This document shows, one piece after another, positions 50,206-59,207 of a stretch of DNA of 64,000 nucleotides. Below the pieces are notes generated by a model that worked only from the letters and a program-made list of their open reading frames with translations, searched no databases and was not told the origin of the DNA. Numbering within the stretch: the first letter of the stretch is position 1; each line of letters starts with the position of its first letter. Made by a program: the position numbers and the translations under genes. This DNA comes from Akkermansia muciniphila (GTDB taxonomy: Bacteria > Bacillota > Clostridia > Oscillospirales > CAG-272): assembly GCA_963611795.1 (NCBI GenBank), contig CAVDSZ010000001.1:147501-211500 (forward strand), written 5' to 3'.

Positions 50206-51038
50206 GCGGGGTCTCCTTCACAAAGAGCGGCGCCGATGACGGTGGCGAAGCGCGAGGCTTCGGGAATGATAAAGTTTATGGAGAACATTCTCGAGAGGTT
50301 CTCGAAAGTGGCGCGGCAGGTGGGGTATGCCGACAGGTTCCCGGTGAGGACAATGTTTCCGACATGATAGGCGCGAGCGGCGAAGATTGCCATCATGCCG
50401 ATCGTTTCGAAAATCATGTTGGAGAGCCCGAGGGCGATGTCGCCCTTGGTCGCGATGTCCGACACGTTCCCGAAATTCGCGGCGGTCATCTCGGAGGGCA
50501 TACCGCCCGCTTTCATGATGTCACCGATTCGCAGGTCGATTTTCGAGAGGTCGCCCTCGCGGCAGAGCTCGCCGATGTGGTCAATGGAATCCATTTTGAG
50601 TAGCAGCTTCGACAGCCCGACGAGCGTACCGCCACCGACGCCGGTACCGCCGAGGTACTCGGTCGTACCGTCCGACTTCGCGTGGACGAGCGCCGTGCCG
50701 GTGCCCATGCTGACGACAATGGCTTCATCGAGTTGGGAGAGGAACAGCCCGCCTCTGCCAATGGACAGAAATTCTTCCACCCAGGTGCAGGGCAGGTTAT
50801 AGAGGCGGTCGCCAAGCTCGCCGGAGCCGACCCCCGTCACCATGACGCGGCGAATGTCGCCGAGCCCGAGGTGAGAGAGTGCCGTGAACTTGCCGAACGC
50901 GCCGTATGCCGAAGTCAGAGGGTCGGTCGCGCGGACGAACAGCGGTTCAATCAGTTCCCGCCCGCCGTCCTGTGTATGACGGAATCCGACGATTTTCGTC
51001 GTCGAGCCGCCGACATCAATTCCGATGGTAGCCTGCAT
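50202..51038 (-). CDS. coaW: Type II pantothenate kinase
   Basis: 278 aa from the ATG at 51038 (GGAGG SD). Motifs GIDVGGSTTK, MGTGTA, GGTGVGGGT and MTAANFG match the Staphylococcus CoaW pattern as recalled. Confidence 0.75.
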   Translation of the reverse strand: MQATIGIDVGGSTTKIVGFRHTQDGGRELIEPLFVRATDPLTSAYGAFGKFTALSHLGLGDIRRVMVTGVGSGELGDRLYNLPCTWVEEFLSIGRGGLFLSQLDEAIVVSMGTGTALVHAKSDGTTEYLGGTGVGGGTLVGLSKLLLKMDSIDHIGELCREGDLSKIDLRIGDIMKAGGMPSEMTAANFGNVSDIATKGDIALGLSNMIFETIGMMAIFAARAYHVGNIVLTGNLSAYPTCRATFENLSRMFSINFIIPEASRFATVIGAALCEGDPA

Positions 51039-51228
51039 GTAGGTCCTCCAAGGTCCGAATCGGTTTGCGGAAAAGCAAATCCTGACAAATACAGTATAGC
51101 ACTTCGCGTGCGGGAAAGCAAGACGACGCGTCAAAACGGTCACGATTTTCTCCCGCATGAAAAGTCGCGCGGCGTGCATACTAACCGATGCGACGAGGTC
51201 GCAATTCTAAATAAGGGGGAATTCGGTC

Positions 51229-51402
51229 ATGGAATCTCGCGAACAGAACTGCCATAAGCAGAACAAGAACCAGCAGCAGAATCAGAACCAGCAGCAGAAT
51301 CAGAACCAGCAGAACAAGAATCAGCAGCAGAACAACCAGAATCAGCAGAACAAGAATCAGCAGCAGAACCAGCAGAATAACCAGAATCAGAACCGCAGAT
51401 AA
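51229..51402 (+). CDS. 57-aa Gln/Asn-repeat microprotein (not in the ORF track)
   Basis: AAGGGGGA SD (51213-51220) lies 8 nt before the ATG. Sequence: MESREQNCHKQNKNQQQNQNQQQNQNQQNKNQQQNNQNQQNKNQQQNQQNNQNQNRR*. The stop is TAA at 51400-51402, and a terminator follows directly. Confidence 0.5.
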   Translation: MESREQNCHKQNKNQQQNQNQQQNQNQQNKNQQQNNQNQQNKNQQQNQQNNQNQNRR

Positions 51403-51417
51403 ACCCCGGGCGGGAGA

Positions 51418-51446
51418 GCCCCGCGCGCGCCGCGGGGCTTTTTTCG
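51418..51446 (+). terminator. Intrinsic terminator after the Q/N microprotein ORF
   Basis: Stem GCCCCGCG / CGCGGGGC with loop CGCGC, followed by TTTTTTCGTTTTT. Confidence 0.8.
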
Positions 51447-51454
51447 TTTTTCTC

Positions 51455-51483
51455 TTGACAGGCAGGGTGCGCTGTGTTACATT
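51455..51483 (+). promoter_or_regulatory. Sigma-A promoter of the THF riboswitch-folT-folC transcript
   Basis: TTGACA (51455-51460), 17-nt spacer, TACATT (51478-51483). Confidence 0.7.
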
Positions 51484-51489
51484 GAGAAT

Positions 51490-51606
51490 ACCACAGAGTA
51501 GGAAGTACGCGTAAGACCTTCGGGTCGCAGTGCCGACGGGACGGGGAGTTGCCTGTCGGACGAAGAGCGCTTCGGCGCCACGGTGTGCTTTCCGCATCCC
51601 GCTGAT
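51490..51606 (+). promoter_or_regulatory. THF (tetrahydrofolate, folT-motif) riboswitch
   Basis: ACAGAGUAGGAAGUACGCGUAAG ... GGGACGGGGAGUUGCC ... GACGAAGAGCGC ... CCGCAUCCCGCUG matches the remembered THF-I consensus blocks (AGAGUAG, CGCGUUAAG, GGGAUG, ACGAAGCG, GCAUCCGCU). It sits directly upstream of folT. Confidence 0.85.
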
Positions 51607-51669
51607 ACATAGTCCGTTTGAGGCATCTCCTATGTTGTTAGTGGAATGATACATGGGAGGTGTTTTTTT

Positions 51670-52257
51670 ATGCAAAATCAAAATCGGAATTTGAGCGAAA
51701 CGCCAAGCGGAACGAAACTCGCGAAGCACCGTGCTTCGCAGGCGCTCCGTGACCTGGCGCTCGCGGGCGTCATGGCGGCGCTGTCGATGGTCATGTGCCG
51801 TTTCCTCGGCTTTCCGCAGACGGGGACGTGGCGCATTGACCCGGGCTTTTTGCCGATCGTCATGGTGGCGTTCCTGTCGGGCCCCGTCTGGGCGGGGATG
51901 TCCTACGGCGTCGCCGACCTCGTCGGCGCCGCAATCTTCACGGGCATCAATCCGTTCATCACGGTGGAAAAAATCGCAATCGGCATCATTTTCGGCATCG
52001 GCTTTTACCGTCGGAGCCGCCTTGGTCTTCCGCGGATTCTCGTGACACAGGCGGTGGCAGCGGTCGTATGCGATTTTCTCGCGATGTCGCTGATCTTCAC
52101 CTTTTGCTTCGGCACGCCGATCAAGGTGGCGTTCGCGACGCGGGCGGTCAACGCAGCGGTGAATTTTGCGATGCGGAGTCTGCTCTGCATCTTTTTGGAT
52201 ATGAAACTGTTTGCCGCTCTGCGGCGTCGGGGAGGACAGTACTTTGGGAGCATTTGA
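51670..52257 (+). CDS. folT: ECF transporter S component for folate
   Basis: 195 aa from the ATG at 51670 (GGGAGG SD), with about 5-6 TM helices. It lies downstream of the THF riboswitch and upstream of folC. Confidence 0.8.
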   Translation: MQNQNRNLSETPSGTKLAKHRASQALRDLALAGVMAALSMVMCRFLGFPQTGTWRIDPGFLPIVMVAFLSGPVWAGMSYGVADLVGAAIFTGINPFITVEKIAIGIIFGIGFYRRSRLGLPRILVTQAVAAVVCDFLAMSLIFTFCFGTPIKVAFATRAVNAAVNFAMRSLLCIFLDMKLFAALRRRGGQYFGSI

Positions 52258-53497
52258 CGATTACGCGCGCACCCGGCAGGTGTACCCGCATCCGGGGCTT
52301 GCCCGGATACAGGCATTGCTGGGGGAAGTCGGGCACCCGGAACGTCGGCTCTCCTGCCTGCACATCGCGGGGACGAACGGCAAGGGCTCCGTTGCTGTGT
52401 TTCTCGACGGCATTCTGCGCGCCGCGGGATACCGCGTCGGCAGATACATGACCCCGGAACTCATTTCCCCCGGGGAGCGCGTGGCGATTGGCGGAGAACC
52501 GATTTCCGACGCGGCTATGACGGAACTGCTCCGCGCGCTGGAAGCGCCGTCGGAACGAGTACACGAAAGGCTCGGGGAGATGCCGAGTCCTTTTGAGGTT
52601 TTCACCGTCGCGGCGTTTCAGTATTTCGCCCGCGAGGGGTGCGATTACGTGGTACTGGAAGCGGGCATGGGCGGCGCGCTCGACGCGACGAACGTGATTG
52701 AAAGCCCGCTTGTCAGCATTCTGACGCGCATCTCTCTCGATCACACGGCATACCTCGGCACGACCCTTGCGGAGATTGCCCGGGCGAAGGCGGGCATCAT
52801 CAAAGAGGGGTGCGTGACGCACAGGACGTTTTCCGCTCCGCAGTGTGAAGAAGTCGCGTCTGTCCTCCGGGAGGAGGCGGAAAAACGGGGCAACACGCTG
52901 ACATTCGTCACGCCGCCGCCCCCCAAAAAGCACTATGGAATGTACGAGGCGTTTTTTTATCCCGGCTACGGAGATATCCGCTCGGGGCTTGCAGGTGTCC
53001 ACCAGATCGAGAACGCCTGTCTGGCGCTTGCCGTGGCGCAGGCACTCGGCGTCGATATTTTCGCCGCACAGTGCGGCGTGACGTATGCCCGTCACCCCGG
53101 CCGCATGGAGATTCTGCGCGAGCGTCCGCTCCTGCTCTTTGACGGGGGGCATAATCCCGATGGCATTGCCATGCTCGCGGCGTCGATCGGGCGGTACCTC
53201 GGGGACGCGCCCCGCACCTGCATTTACGGTTGTATGGCGGATAAGGACTATCGGACATGCCTCCGCCGCCTTGCCGAAATACCGACACGTTTTATTTTTA
53301 CGGAAGTCTCGGACAATCCGCGTGCACTCCCCGCGGGGGCGCTGACGGAAACCGCCGCCGAGCTCGGGATTCACGGCGAGTGCCTGCCGCACCTTGCCGA
53401 CGCGATTGCGCGCGCCGACGAAATCGGGTTCCCGACCGTTATCGCAGGGTCGCTGTATCTGTACGCGGATTTACCGTCATCACTCAGGGGGATTTGA
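52244..53497 (+). CDS. folC: Folylpolyglutamate synthase / dihydrofolate synthase
   Basis: P-loop HIAGTNGKGS and Mur-ligase family layout. The likely start is TTG 52244, 7 nt after GGGGAGGA. The track start at 52211 is also a TTG. The gene overlaps the end of folT. Confidence 0.85.
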   Translation: MGAFDDYARTRQVYPHPGLARIQALLGEVGHPERRLSCLHIAGTNGKGSVAVFLDGILRAAGYRVGRYMTPELISPGERVAIGGEPISDAAMTELLRALEAPSERVHERLGEMPSPFEVFTVAAFQYFAREGCDYVVLEAGMGGALDATNVIESPLVSILTRISLDHTAYLGTTLAEIARAKAGIIKEGCVTHRTFSAPQCEEVASVLREEAEKRGNTLTFVTPPPPKKHYGMYEAFFYPGYGDIRSGLAGVHQIENACLALAVAQALGVDIFAAQCGVTYARHPGRMEILRERPLLLFDGGHNPDGIAMLAASIGRYLGDAPRTCIYGCMADKDYRTCLRRLAEIPTRFIFTEVSDNPRALPAGALTETAAELGIHGECLPHLADAIARADEIGFPTVIAGSLYLYADLPSSLRGI

Positions 53498-53500
53498 CAC

Positions 53501-54154
53501 ATGGTTGAAATCGTGCTGAACGTGCTCTCCGCCATCGGGGTCGTGGCATTCTCCGTTGCGGGGGCGCTCGTTGCCATCGATCACCGCGTCGATATGTTCG
53601 GCGTCGTGACGCTTGCGGTAATCACGTCGTTCGGCGGGGGGCTGACACGGGATCTGCTGATGGGGAAACTGCCGCCGACGCTCTTTACGGACCGTTTTTA
53701 CTTGGTTCTCGTGGGGGTTTCCGTGCTGACGGCGCTCGTCGTCTTTACGGTCGCACGGGTGTTCCAGCAGAAGTTCGTCGAGCGAGAAAAACTGATTGAT
53801 CGCATTACAAACATCTTTGACGCGGTCGCTATCGGGGTGTTCGCTACCACCGGGGCAAAGACGGTCATGGATTTCACGGGGACTCCCGAGAACGCGTTCC
53901 TTGTCCTGACGCTTGGGTCGCTGACCGCCGTCGGCGGGAGCATTATCCGCGACGTGTTGATTCGAGAGGTGCCGTTTGTCCTCAAAAAACGCATTTATGT
54001 TCTCGCCGTCCTTGCAGGCGCGGGGCTGTATTACCTGCTCGTGCGCCTCGGCGCCGCGGAGATTCCGGCGCTCGTCGCGGGGACGCTCCTGACCTTCGGG
54101 CTCCGCATGATGGCGACGATCTTCCGGTGGAACCTGCCGCGGGCATTACCGTGA
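53501..54154 (+). CDS. Trimeric intracellular cation channel-like membrane protein (UPF0126/YadS family)
   Basis: 217 aa containing two copies of the UPF0126 repeat with GGG(L/S)xRD motifs (SFGGGLTRDLL and AVGGSIIRDVL). Confidence 0.8.
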   Translation: MVEIVLNVLSAIGVVAFSVAGALVAIDHRVDMFGVVTLAVITSFGGGLTRDLLMGKLPPTLFTDRFYLVLVGVSVLTALVVFTVARVFQQKFVEREKLIDRITNIFDAVAIGVFATTGAKTVMDFTGTPENAFLVLTLGSLTAVGGSIIRDVLIREVPFVLKKRIYVLAVLAGAGLYYLLVRLGAAEIPALVAGTLLTFGLRMMATIFRWNLPRALP

Positions 54155-54211
54155 ACCTCGGTACGCCGTTTGAATGCAGTTTCATTTCATCAACCGAATC
54201 TATGAAAAAGC

Positions 54212-54240
54212 AGGCGGAGCCGGTAAAACCGGCTCCGCCT
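54212..54240. terminator. Bidirectional terminator between the TRIC-like gene and pcrA
   Basis: 12-bp stem AGGCGGAGCCGG / CCGGCTCCGCCT with loop TAAAA. Confidence 0.75.
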
Positions 54241-54294
54241 TGTGATATGTAGGTGTATTTTTTGTGCGCAAGCGCCGCGCGGCACCCCGAAAAT

Positions 54295-56736
54295 TCATAT
54301 CTTCACGAGTTTCGCGTAGGTCGCCATGAGTTTTTTGACATTCCCGCTATCGAACGCCACTTCGTAGAGAACGTCGCCGCCCATATCGCGCGCGCTCTTG
54401 ACTGTCCCTGTGCCGAAGGTCGCGTGTTGGACGCGGTCGCCGGGGTGCAGGCGGGCAATGCCGTAGGAGGCGGCGCTCTTCGGTGCGGCGGGGGTATCTA
54501 CCCGGCGGAAGAGCTCGCCCTCTCCGCGCTTCGGCGCGGGTGCTTCGCGCCGGGGTGACGGAATCTGATACCCCTGCCCGTACCCGCCGCGCAGATACCC
54601 GCCCGCACGGGGCGGCGCGAAGGAACGCGGCGGCGCGGCGACGTCGAGCAGGTCCGCGGGAATCTCGCTTTTGACGAAGCGGGAGAGCGGATTGGCGCTT
54701 GTTCTGCCGTACAGCATACGCTCGCGCGTGTGCAGGATATAGAGCTCCTCTTTCGCACGGGTGATGGCGACATAGGCGAGCCGCCGCTCCTCGGACATCT
54801 CGGCGGGGGACTGAATCGACTGCGCCCCCGGGAAAATATTCTCTTCCATGCCGGGCAGGAACACGACGGGGAACTCCAGTCCTTTGGCGGAGTGAATGGT
54901 CATGAGCACGACGCTGTCCGCTTCGGTGTCGTATTTGTCCACGTCGGAGACGAGCGCGACCTCTTCCATGAAGCCTGCGAGCGTCGGCTCTTCGGCGCGT
55001 GACTCATACTCGCTCGCCGCAGTGATAAATTCTTCGACGGCGCTGATACGCGGTTTTTCGACCTCGCCCCCGGCAATCAGCATATCGCGGTAGCCGCTGC
55101 GGATGAACAGCCGCTCGAGCAGAGTGCTCGGTGTGAGTTCTCCCTTTTCCAGCGCTTCGCGGATCTCGTTCATCATGTCGGTGAACTCGATGAGTTTCGG
55201 CGCGATGCGGGCGAGAGCGGTGTACGCGTTGGCGTTTGCCATGATTTCGTACATGGAGCGACCTTCCGCCGTCGCAATCTCCGCGACCGCGTCGAGAGAT
55301 TTATCGCCAATGCCGCGGCGTGGTTCGTTGATGACGCGGAGCAGACGCAGGTTGTCCGCCGGGTTCATGATGATGTAGAGATAGGCGACCATGTCGCGGA
55401 TTTCCTTGCGGTCATAGAAGCGTTGACCGCCGAGGATGCGGTGCGGAATGCCGCTTTTCGCAAAGGCGGTCTCGAAGGCACGCGCCATTTCGTTGATGCG
55501 GTAGAGGACGGCGAAGTCGCGGTAGCGGCGGTGCTTCAGCACCATTTGCGCCGTGATGGTGTCGATGACGGCGCGCGCCTCCGCGTTCTGATCCTCCGTC
55601 TCGCGCAGGTGAATCTTTTCACCCTCGCCGGCGTCGCACCACAGTTTCTTTTCGTGGCGGTCGCTGTTGTGCGAGATGACCGCGTTCGCGGCGGCAAGAA
55701 TGCACTTGGTCGAGCGGTAGTTCTGCTCCAATTTGATGACGCGGCAGTTGGGGTAGGCTCTGTCGAACGAGAGGATGTTCTCCACCGTGGCGCCGCGGAA
55801 ACGGTAGATCGACTGGTCGTCGTCGCCGACGACCATGATGTTTCGGCTCCCGCCGGAGAGCAGTTCGGTCAGGCGGAACTGCGCGGGGTTGGTGTCCTGG
55901 TACTCGTCGACGAGCACGTAGCGGAACTTGTTCTGATAGTAGGAGAGTGCCTCGGGGCAGGTTTCGAGCAGCTCGACGGTCTTCATAATGATGTCGTCGA
56001 AGTCGAGGGCGTTGCACGCCTGTAACTTCTTCTGATAGGCTTCGAATACCCGGCGGATATCCCGCGCGCGGGGCGTGGAGGCGTCCGTGATGCTTTCGGG
56101 ACCCTGCAACTTGTCTTTCGCTGCGGAGATGGCATTCGCCACCGTTTTCGGCGGGAGGGTCTTATCGCTGATGTTCAGGTCTTTTAGGATATCGACAATG
56201 ACGCGTTTTTTGTCGTCCGTGTCGTAAATGGTAAAGGAGGATTCGAAGCCGATGCGGTCGGCGTACCGCCGCAAAAAGCGCACGCATACCGAGTGGAACG
56301 TACCGGCGACAATCTGGCTCGCTACGTCTTCGTCACCGAGCTCGGTGAGCAGGCGCTCGCGGATTTCTTTTGCCGCCTTGTTGGTGAAGGTAATGGCGAG
56401 GATTGCCCACGGCGGGCAGGGGTGGTCGATGAAGAGGGGGAGAATTTCGCGCTCAATCTGCTCCGGCGGCATGGCGGCGGCGGTTTCGAGAATTTCGACT
56501 TCTTCCTCGCGGACACCCGTCGGGGCGGGCGCATGATACGCATTTCCGTATTTAATGAGGAAAGCGGTGCGTCGGACGAGGACGGTCGTTTTCCCGCTCC
56601 CCGCTCCTGCGAGGACGAGCAGAGGCCCCTCGGTCTGAAAGACCGCTTCGCATTGCGGCGGGTTGAGATGTGCGCCGTAGACTTTTAAAAACAGGTGTTG
56701 TTTGGCTTTGAGATACCGCTCTTCCAGTGTGGGCAT
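54295..56736 (-). CDS. pcrA: ATP-dependent DNA helicase PcrA/UvrD
   Basis: 813 aa with SF1 motifs AGAGSGKTT, VDEYQDTN, VGDDDQSIYRFRGA, TIHSAKGLEF and YVAITRAKEEL. Confidence 0.9.
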   Translation of the reverse strand: MPTLEERYLKAKQHLFLKVYGAHLNPPQCEAVFQTEGPLLVLAGAGSGKTTVLVRRTAFLIKYGNAYHAPAPTGVREEEVEILETAAAMPPEQIEREILPLFIDHPCPPWAILAITFTNKAAKEIRERLLTELGDEDVASQIVAGTFHSVCVRFLRRYADRIGFESSFTIYDTDDKKRVIVDILKDLNISDKTLPPKTVANAISAAKDKLQGPESITDASTPRARDIRRVFEAYQKKLQACNALDFDDIIMKTVELLETCPEALSYYQNKFRYVLVDEYQDTNPAQFRLTELLSGGSRNIMVVGDDDQSIYRFRGATVENILSFDRAYPNCRVIKLEQNYRSTKCILAAANAVISHNSDRHEKKLWCDAGEGEKIHLRETEDQNAEARAVIDTITAQMVLKHRRYRDFAVLYRINEMARAFETAFAKSGIPHRILGGQRFYDRKEIRDMVAYLYIIMNPADNLRLLRVINEPRRGIGDKSLDAVAEIATAEGRSMYEIMANANAYTALARIAPKLIEFTDMMNEIREALEKGELTPSTLLERLFIRSGYRDMLIAGGEVEKPRISAVEEFITAASEYESRAEEPTLAGFMEEVALVSDVDKYDTEADSVVLMTIHSAKGLEFPVVFLPGMEENIFPGAQSIQSPAEMSEERRLAYVAITRAKEELYILHTRERMLYGRTSANPLSRFVKSEIPADLLDVAAPPRSFAPPRAGGYLRGGYGQGYQIPSPRREAPAPKRGEGELFRRVDTPAAPKSAASYGIARLHPGDRVQHATFGTGTVKSARDMGGDVLYEVAFDSGNVKKLMATYAKLVKI

Positions 56737-56933
56737 GGGTCAACTTCCTTTTTGCTTTCTTATCCTTTATTGTAGCATACTATCGGTGAATCCGCAAGAC
56801 GGCGGAGCGAGGATTCCGAAAGAAAAGTCAGAGGAACCCCCAAAAAAGCGGAAATGAAAACAGTGCGGCATTGCCGCGCTGTTTTTCGTTTCGTCGGGGG
56901 CTGTTAACGGTTCGTGACCCCTACCGGCGAGGG

Positions 56934-58553
56934 TCAGTTTCCGTTTGTATCCTTGTGTGTAAGGGCGCGGATTCCGTCGAGCGAGAGCCCGTACTTTTCC
57001 GCGATGTCGCGGGCATAGGAGCGCCCGTCCGGGCGGGCGCGCTTAATGAGGAAGGAACGGCGCCCCTCCTCGATTCCTGCGACCAGGGTATCAATTCTGA
57101 CGCCGCCTTCGGCGCTCACGCGTTCGTTGATTTCGGGGACGGCAGAGGCGAGTTCGTGCAGGTGGGTGGAGAAGATACCGCGGCAGCCGACGACGGCGAA
57201 ACCGGTCAGAATCTCGGCGGCGATATACGATGCCTCGAAAGCACCGGTCGAGGAGAGGGATTCATCGAGCAGGATCATGCTGTCGCCCGTGACCTCTTCG
57301 AAAATCTCGCGCAGGCGGGCACATTCTTCACCGAGCCGCCCCTTATCAATGGTATCCTCCGCCCCTTCCGGGAAGTGGGCGAAGATGCCGTCCACGGGGG
57401 AGACGGTGAGCGATTCCGCGGCGACCCGCATACCGAGCGCGGTCATGGCTTGCGCCAGACCGACGGCGCAGGTGATGACCGATTTACCACCGCGGTTAGG
57501 ACCCGTCAGGACATAGATGCGTGCGCTGTCATCGAATGCCAGGTCGTTTGCGACGACTTTTTCATCGATGCGCAGGGCGACGTCCGGGTTGTAGATCCCA
57601 CGCGCGTCGAACGCCTTTTCCGCCATGGGGCGCAGGACGGGGGTGGTGAGCGGATAGCCTGCGTCGGTCAGGCGTTTTTCGAGGGCGGAGACGCGGGAGA
57701 CAAATTCGATTTCGGGCAGGAGTTTCAGAAGAAAATCCGTGTTGTCGAGGACATAGTCGCCGACGATGGCGCGCCACGCCTTGACGGAGGAGCGGAAAAT
57801 GTCCTCTAGTGCCCCCTTGAAGGCACCGGAGAGCGCCTCCTGTCGGTTCTCGGACTGCTTTTTGCCAAGCGGGGTGAGCGGCGCGATGCAGGTCATCGCA
57901 TCGTTTTTGAAACTCATGCGGAGAATCTTGTCGAGCAGTCGTCCGCTCTTGAAAGGCTCCGCATTGAGGCTGATAACGCCCGCTTCCGACGGGCGGCAGG
58001 CGGCGTCGAGGTTGACCCCGACGGTCACACTCTTCACTTCATGGACGTGCGACGAGAGATCCGCGAGGCGCGCTTTGAGAGATTGGTATTCGTCGCTCGC
58101 GGCAAGGTCGGTCATGCGGTCGGTCAGGGCGCGAAAGGCAGGGGAAAGCGGTTCCGAGACGACGGCAGAGAGCCCGCCCGCGAGCGTGTCGACCGCCTGT
58201 ACATACAGTTCGATTTCCGTGATGGAGTAGAGGTAGGAATCCCCGGCGTTTGTCCCGGTGTCGCGATCAAGGTGACGCAGTTCCCGAATGTCGCAGAGAA
58301 TCGGCACCACGCGGGCGAGTGTGTCGGAGAGGGCAGGGAGCCGCGCGAGGTCGGCGAGTGTCTCCTGCCGATAGAGGATTACGTCCGGGTCGGCGGTGAA
58401 GTAGTCTGCGAGCCCGCTCGAGAGGGGCAGGAGATCCGAAAGCCCGAGTTCTTCGCAGACCTTTTCGGAGATGTTCGGCAGGTGTGTCTTATCCGTTCGC
58501 GCGAGACGTGCCGCCTCGCTCGGCCATAGGAGACTGACCGATGACTGTTCCAT
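56934..58553 (-). CDS. MutS-related protein (ATPase domain V only)
   Basis: 539 aa from the ATG at 58553 (GGAGGA SD). C-terminal Walker A GPNRGGKS, Walker B ILLDESLSSTG, and STHLHEL. No mismatch-binding N-domain or Smr domain is recognisable. Confidence 0.8.
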   Translation of the reverse strand: MEQSSVSLLWPSEAARLARTDKTHLPNISEKVCEELGLSDLLPLSSGLADYFTADPDVILYRQETLADLARLPALSDTLARVVPILCDIRELRHLDRDTGTNAGDSYLYSITEIELYVQAVDTLAGGLSAVVSEPLSPAFRALTDRMTDLAASDEYQSLKARLADLSSHVHEVKSVTVGVNLDAACRPSEAGVISLNAEPFKSGRLLDKILRMSFKNDAMTCIAPLTPLGKKQSENRQEALSGAFKGALEDIFRSSVKAWRAIVGDYVLDNTDFLLKLLPEIEFVSRVSALEKRLTDAGYPLTTPVLRPMAEKAFDARGIYNPDVALRIDEKVVANDLAFDDSARIYVLTGPNRGGKSVITCAVGLAQAMTALGMRVAAESLTVSPVDGIFAHFPEGAEDTIDKGRLGEECARLREIFEEVTGDSMILLDESLSSTGAFEASYIAAEILTGFAVVGCRGIFSTHLHELASAVPEINERVSAEGGVRIDTLVAGIEEGRRSFLIKRARPDGRSYARDIAEKYGLSLDGIRALTHKDTNGN

Positions 58554-58737
58554 GCTTGGGTTCCTCCCCGTTGTTTGACGTCTGCGCCCGGACGCCGCCG
58601 AGCGCGTTTTTATTACTATACCACAGAACGCGCCCGCGTGCAAGAGCCCGCGGGCGCGCCCAATAGGAGACGTCACAAATACGGTGGGTATCCGGCGAGG
58701 AGGCTATGCGCCCGGGCGGTGCGTTGCCACTTCGGCG

Positions 58738-59127
58738 TCAGATCGCGTTTTGGCGCCGACACCGCCTCCTCGGGGCGGTGAGGTCAAAGCTGCGTTCGGT
58801 GAGGTCGCCAAGGAGGTTTTCCGGCAGGTCGGCATCCAGGGGGACCGTAATCCAATGAAGTTTGTTCATATGGTAAGCAGGGCAGATAGCGGGGAAAGTC
58901 TCACGGAGCGCGAAACCCTCCTCCGGGGTGCATTTGAGATTGACGACCCAGATGCGCGCTTCGCCGGCGCCACCGATACGGCAGGCGGGAATGTGCATGA
59001 GGAGCCCGAACCATTTGCCGCCCTCGCCGTGCCGCAGGACGGTTGTCTCGAAGTCGTTCTCGAACGGCTTGTCCGTGCGCGCCCCGGGGCGGGCGGCGGC
59101 AAACGCGAGATAAGTGTCGTAGGTCAT
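58738..59127 (-). CDS. MmcQ/YjbR-family protein
   Basis: 129 aa from the ATG at 59127 (GGAGG SD). Family pattern ...KWFGLLMHI...VNLKC...YHMNKLHWITV. Confidence 0.8.
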   Translation of the reverse strand: MTYDTYLAFAAARPGARTDKPFENDFETTVLRHGEGGKWFGLLMHIPACRIGGAGEARIWVVNLKCTPEEGFALRETFPAICPAYHMNKLHWITVPLDADLPENLLGDLTERSFDLTAPRRRCRRQNAI

Positions 59128-59207
59128 GAATTGCCTCCGATCGGTAGGAATTGCGATTGAGACATGACGGCGCGATGCCCGGATTTTCGGGCGCCGCGCT
59201 GATTTTG

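Noticed and set aside
51181-51729. 182-aa ORF containing a long Leu/Val/Ile tract that looks like a membrane protein.
   Set aside because: It is the reverse complement of the CAG/AAC/AAT repeat of the Q/N microprotein. It would read through a plus-strand terminator, a promoter and the THF riboswitch, and it has no SD.
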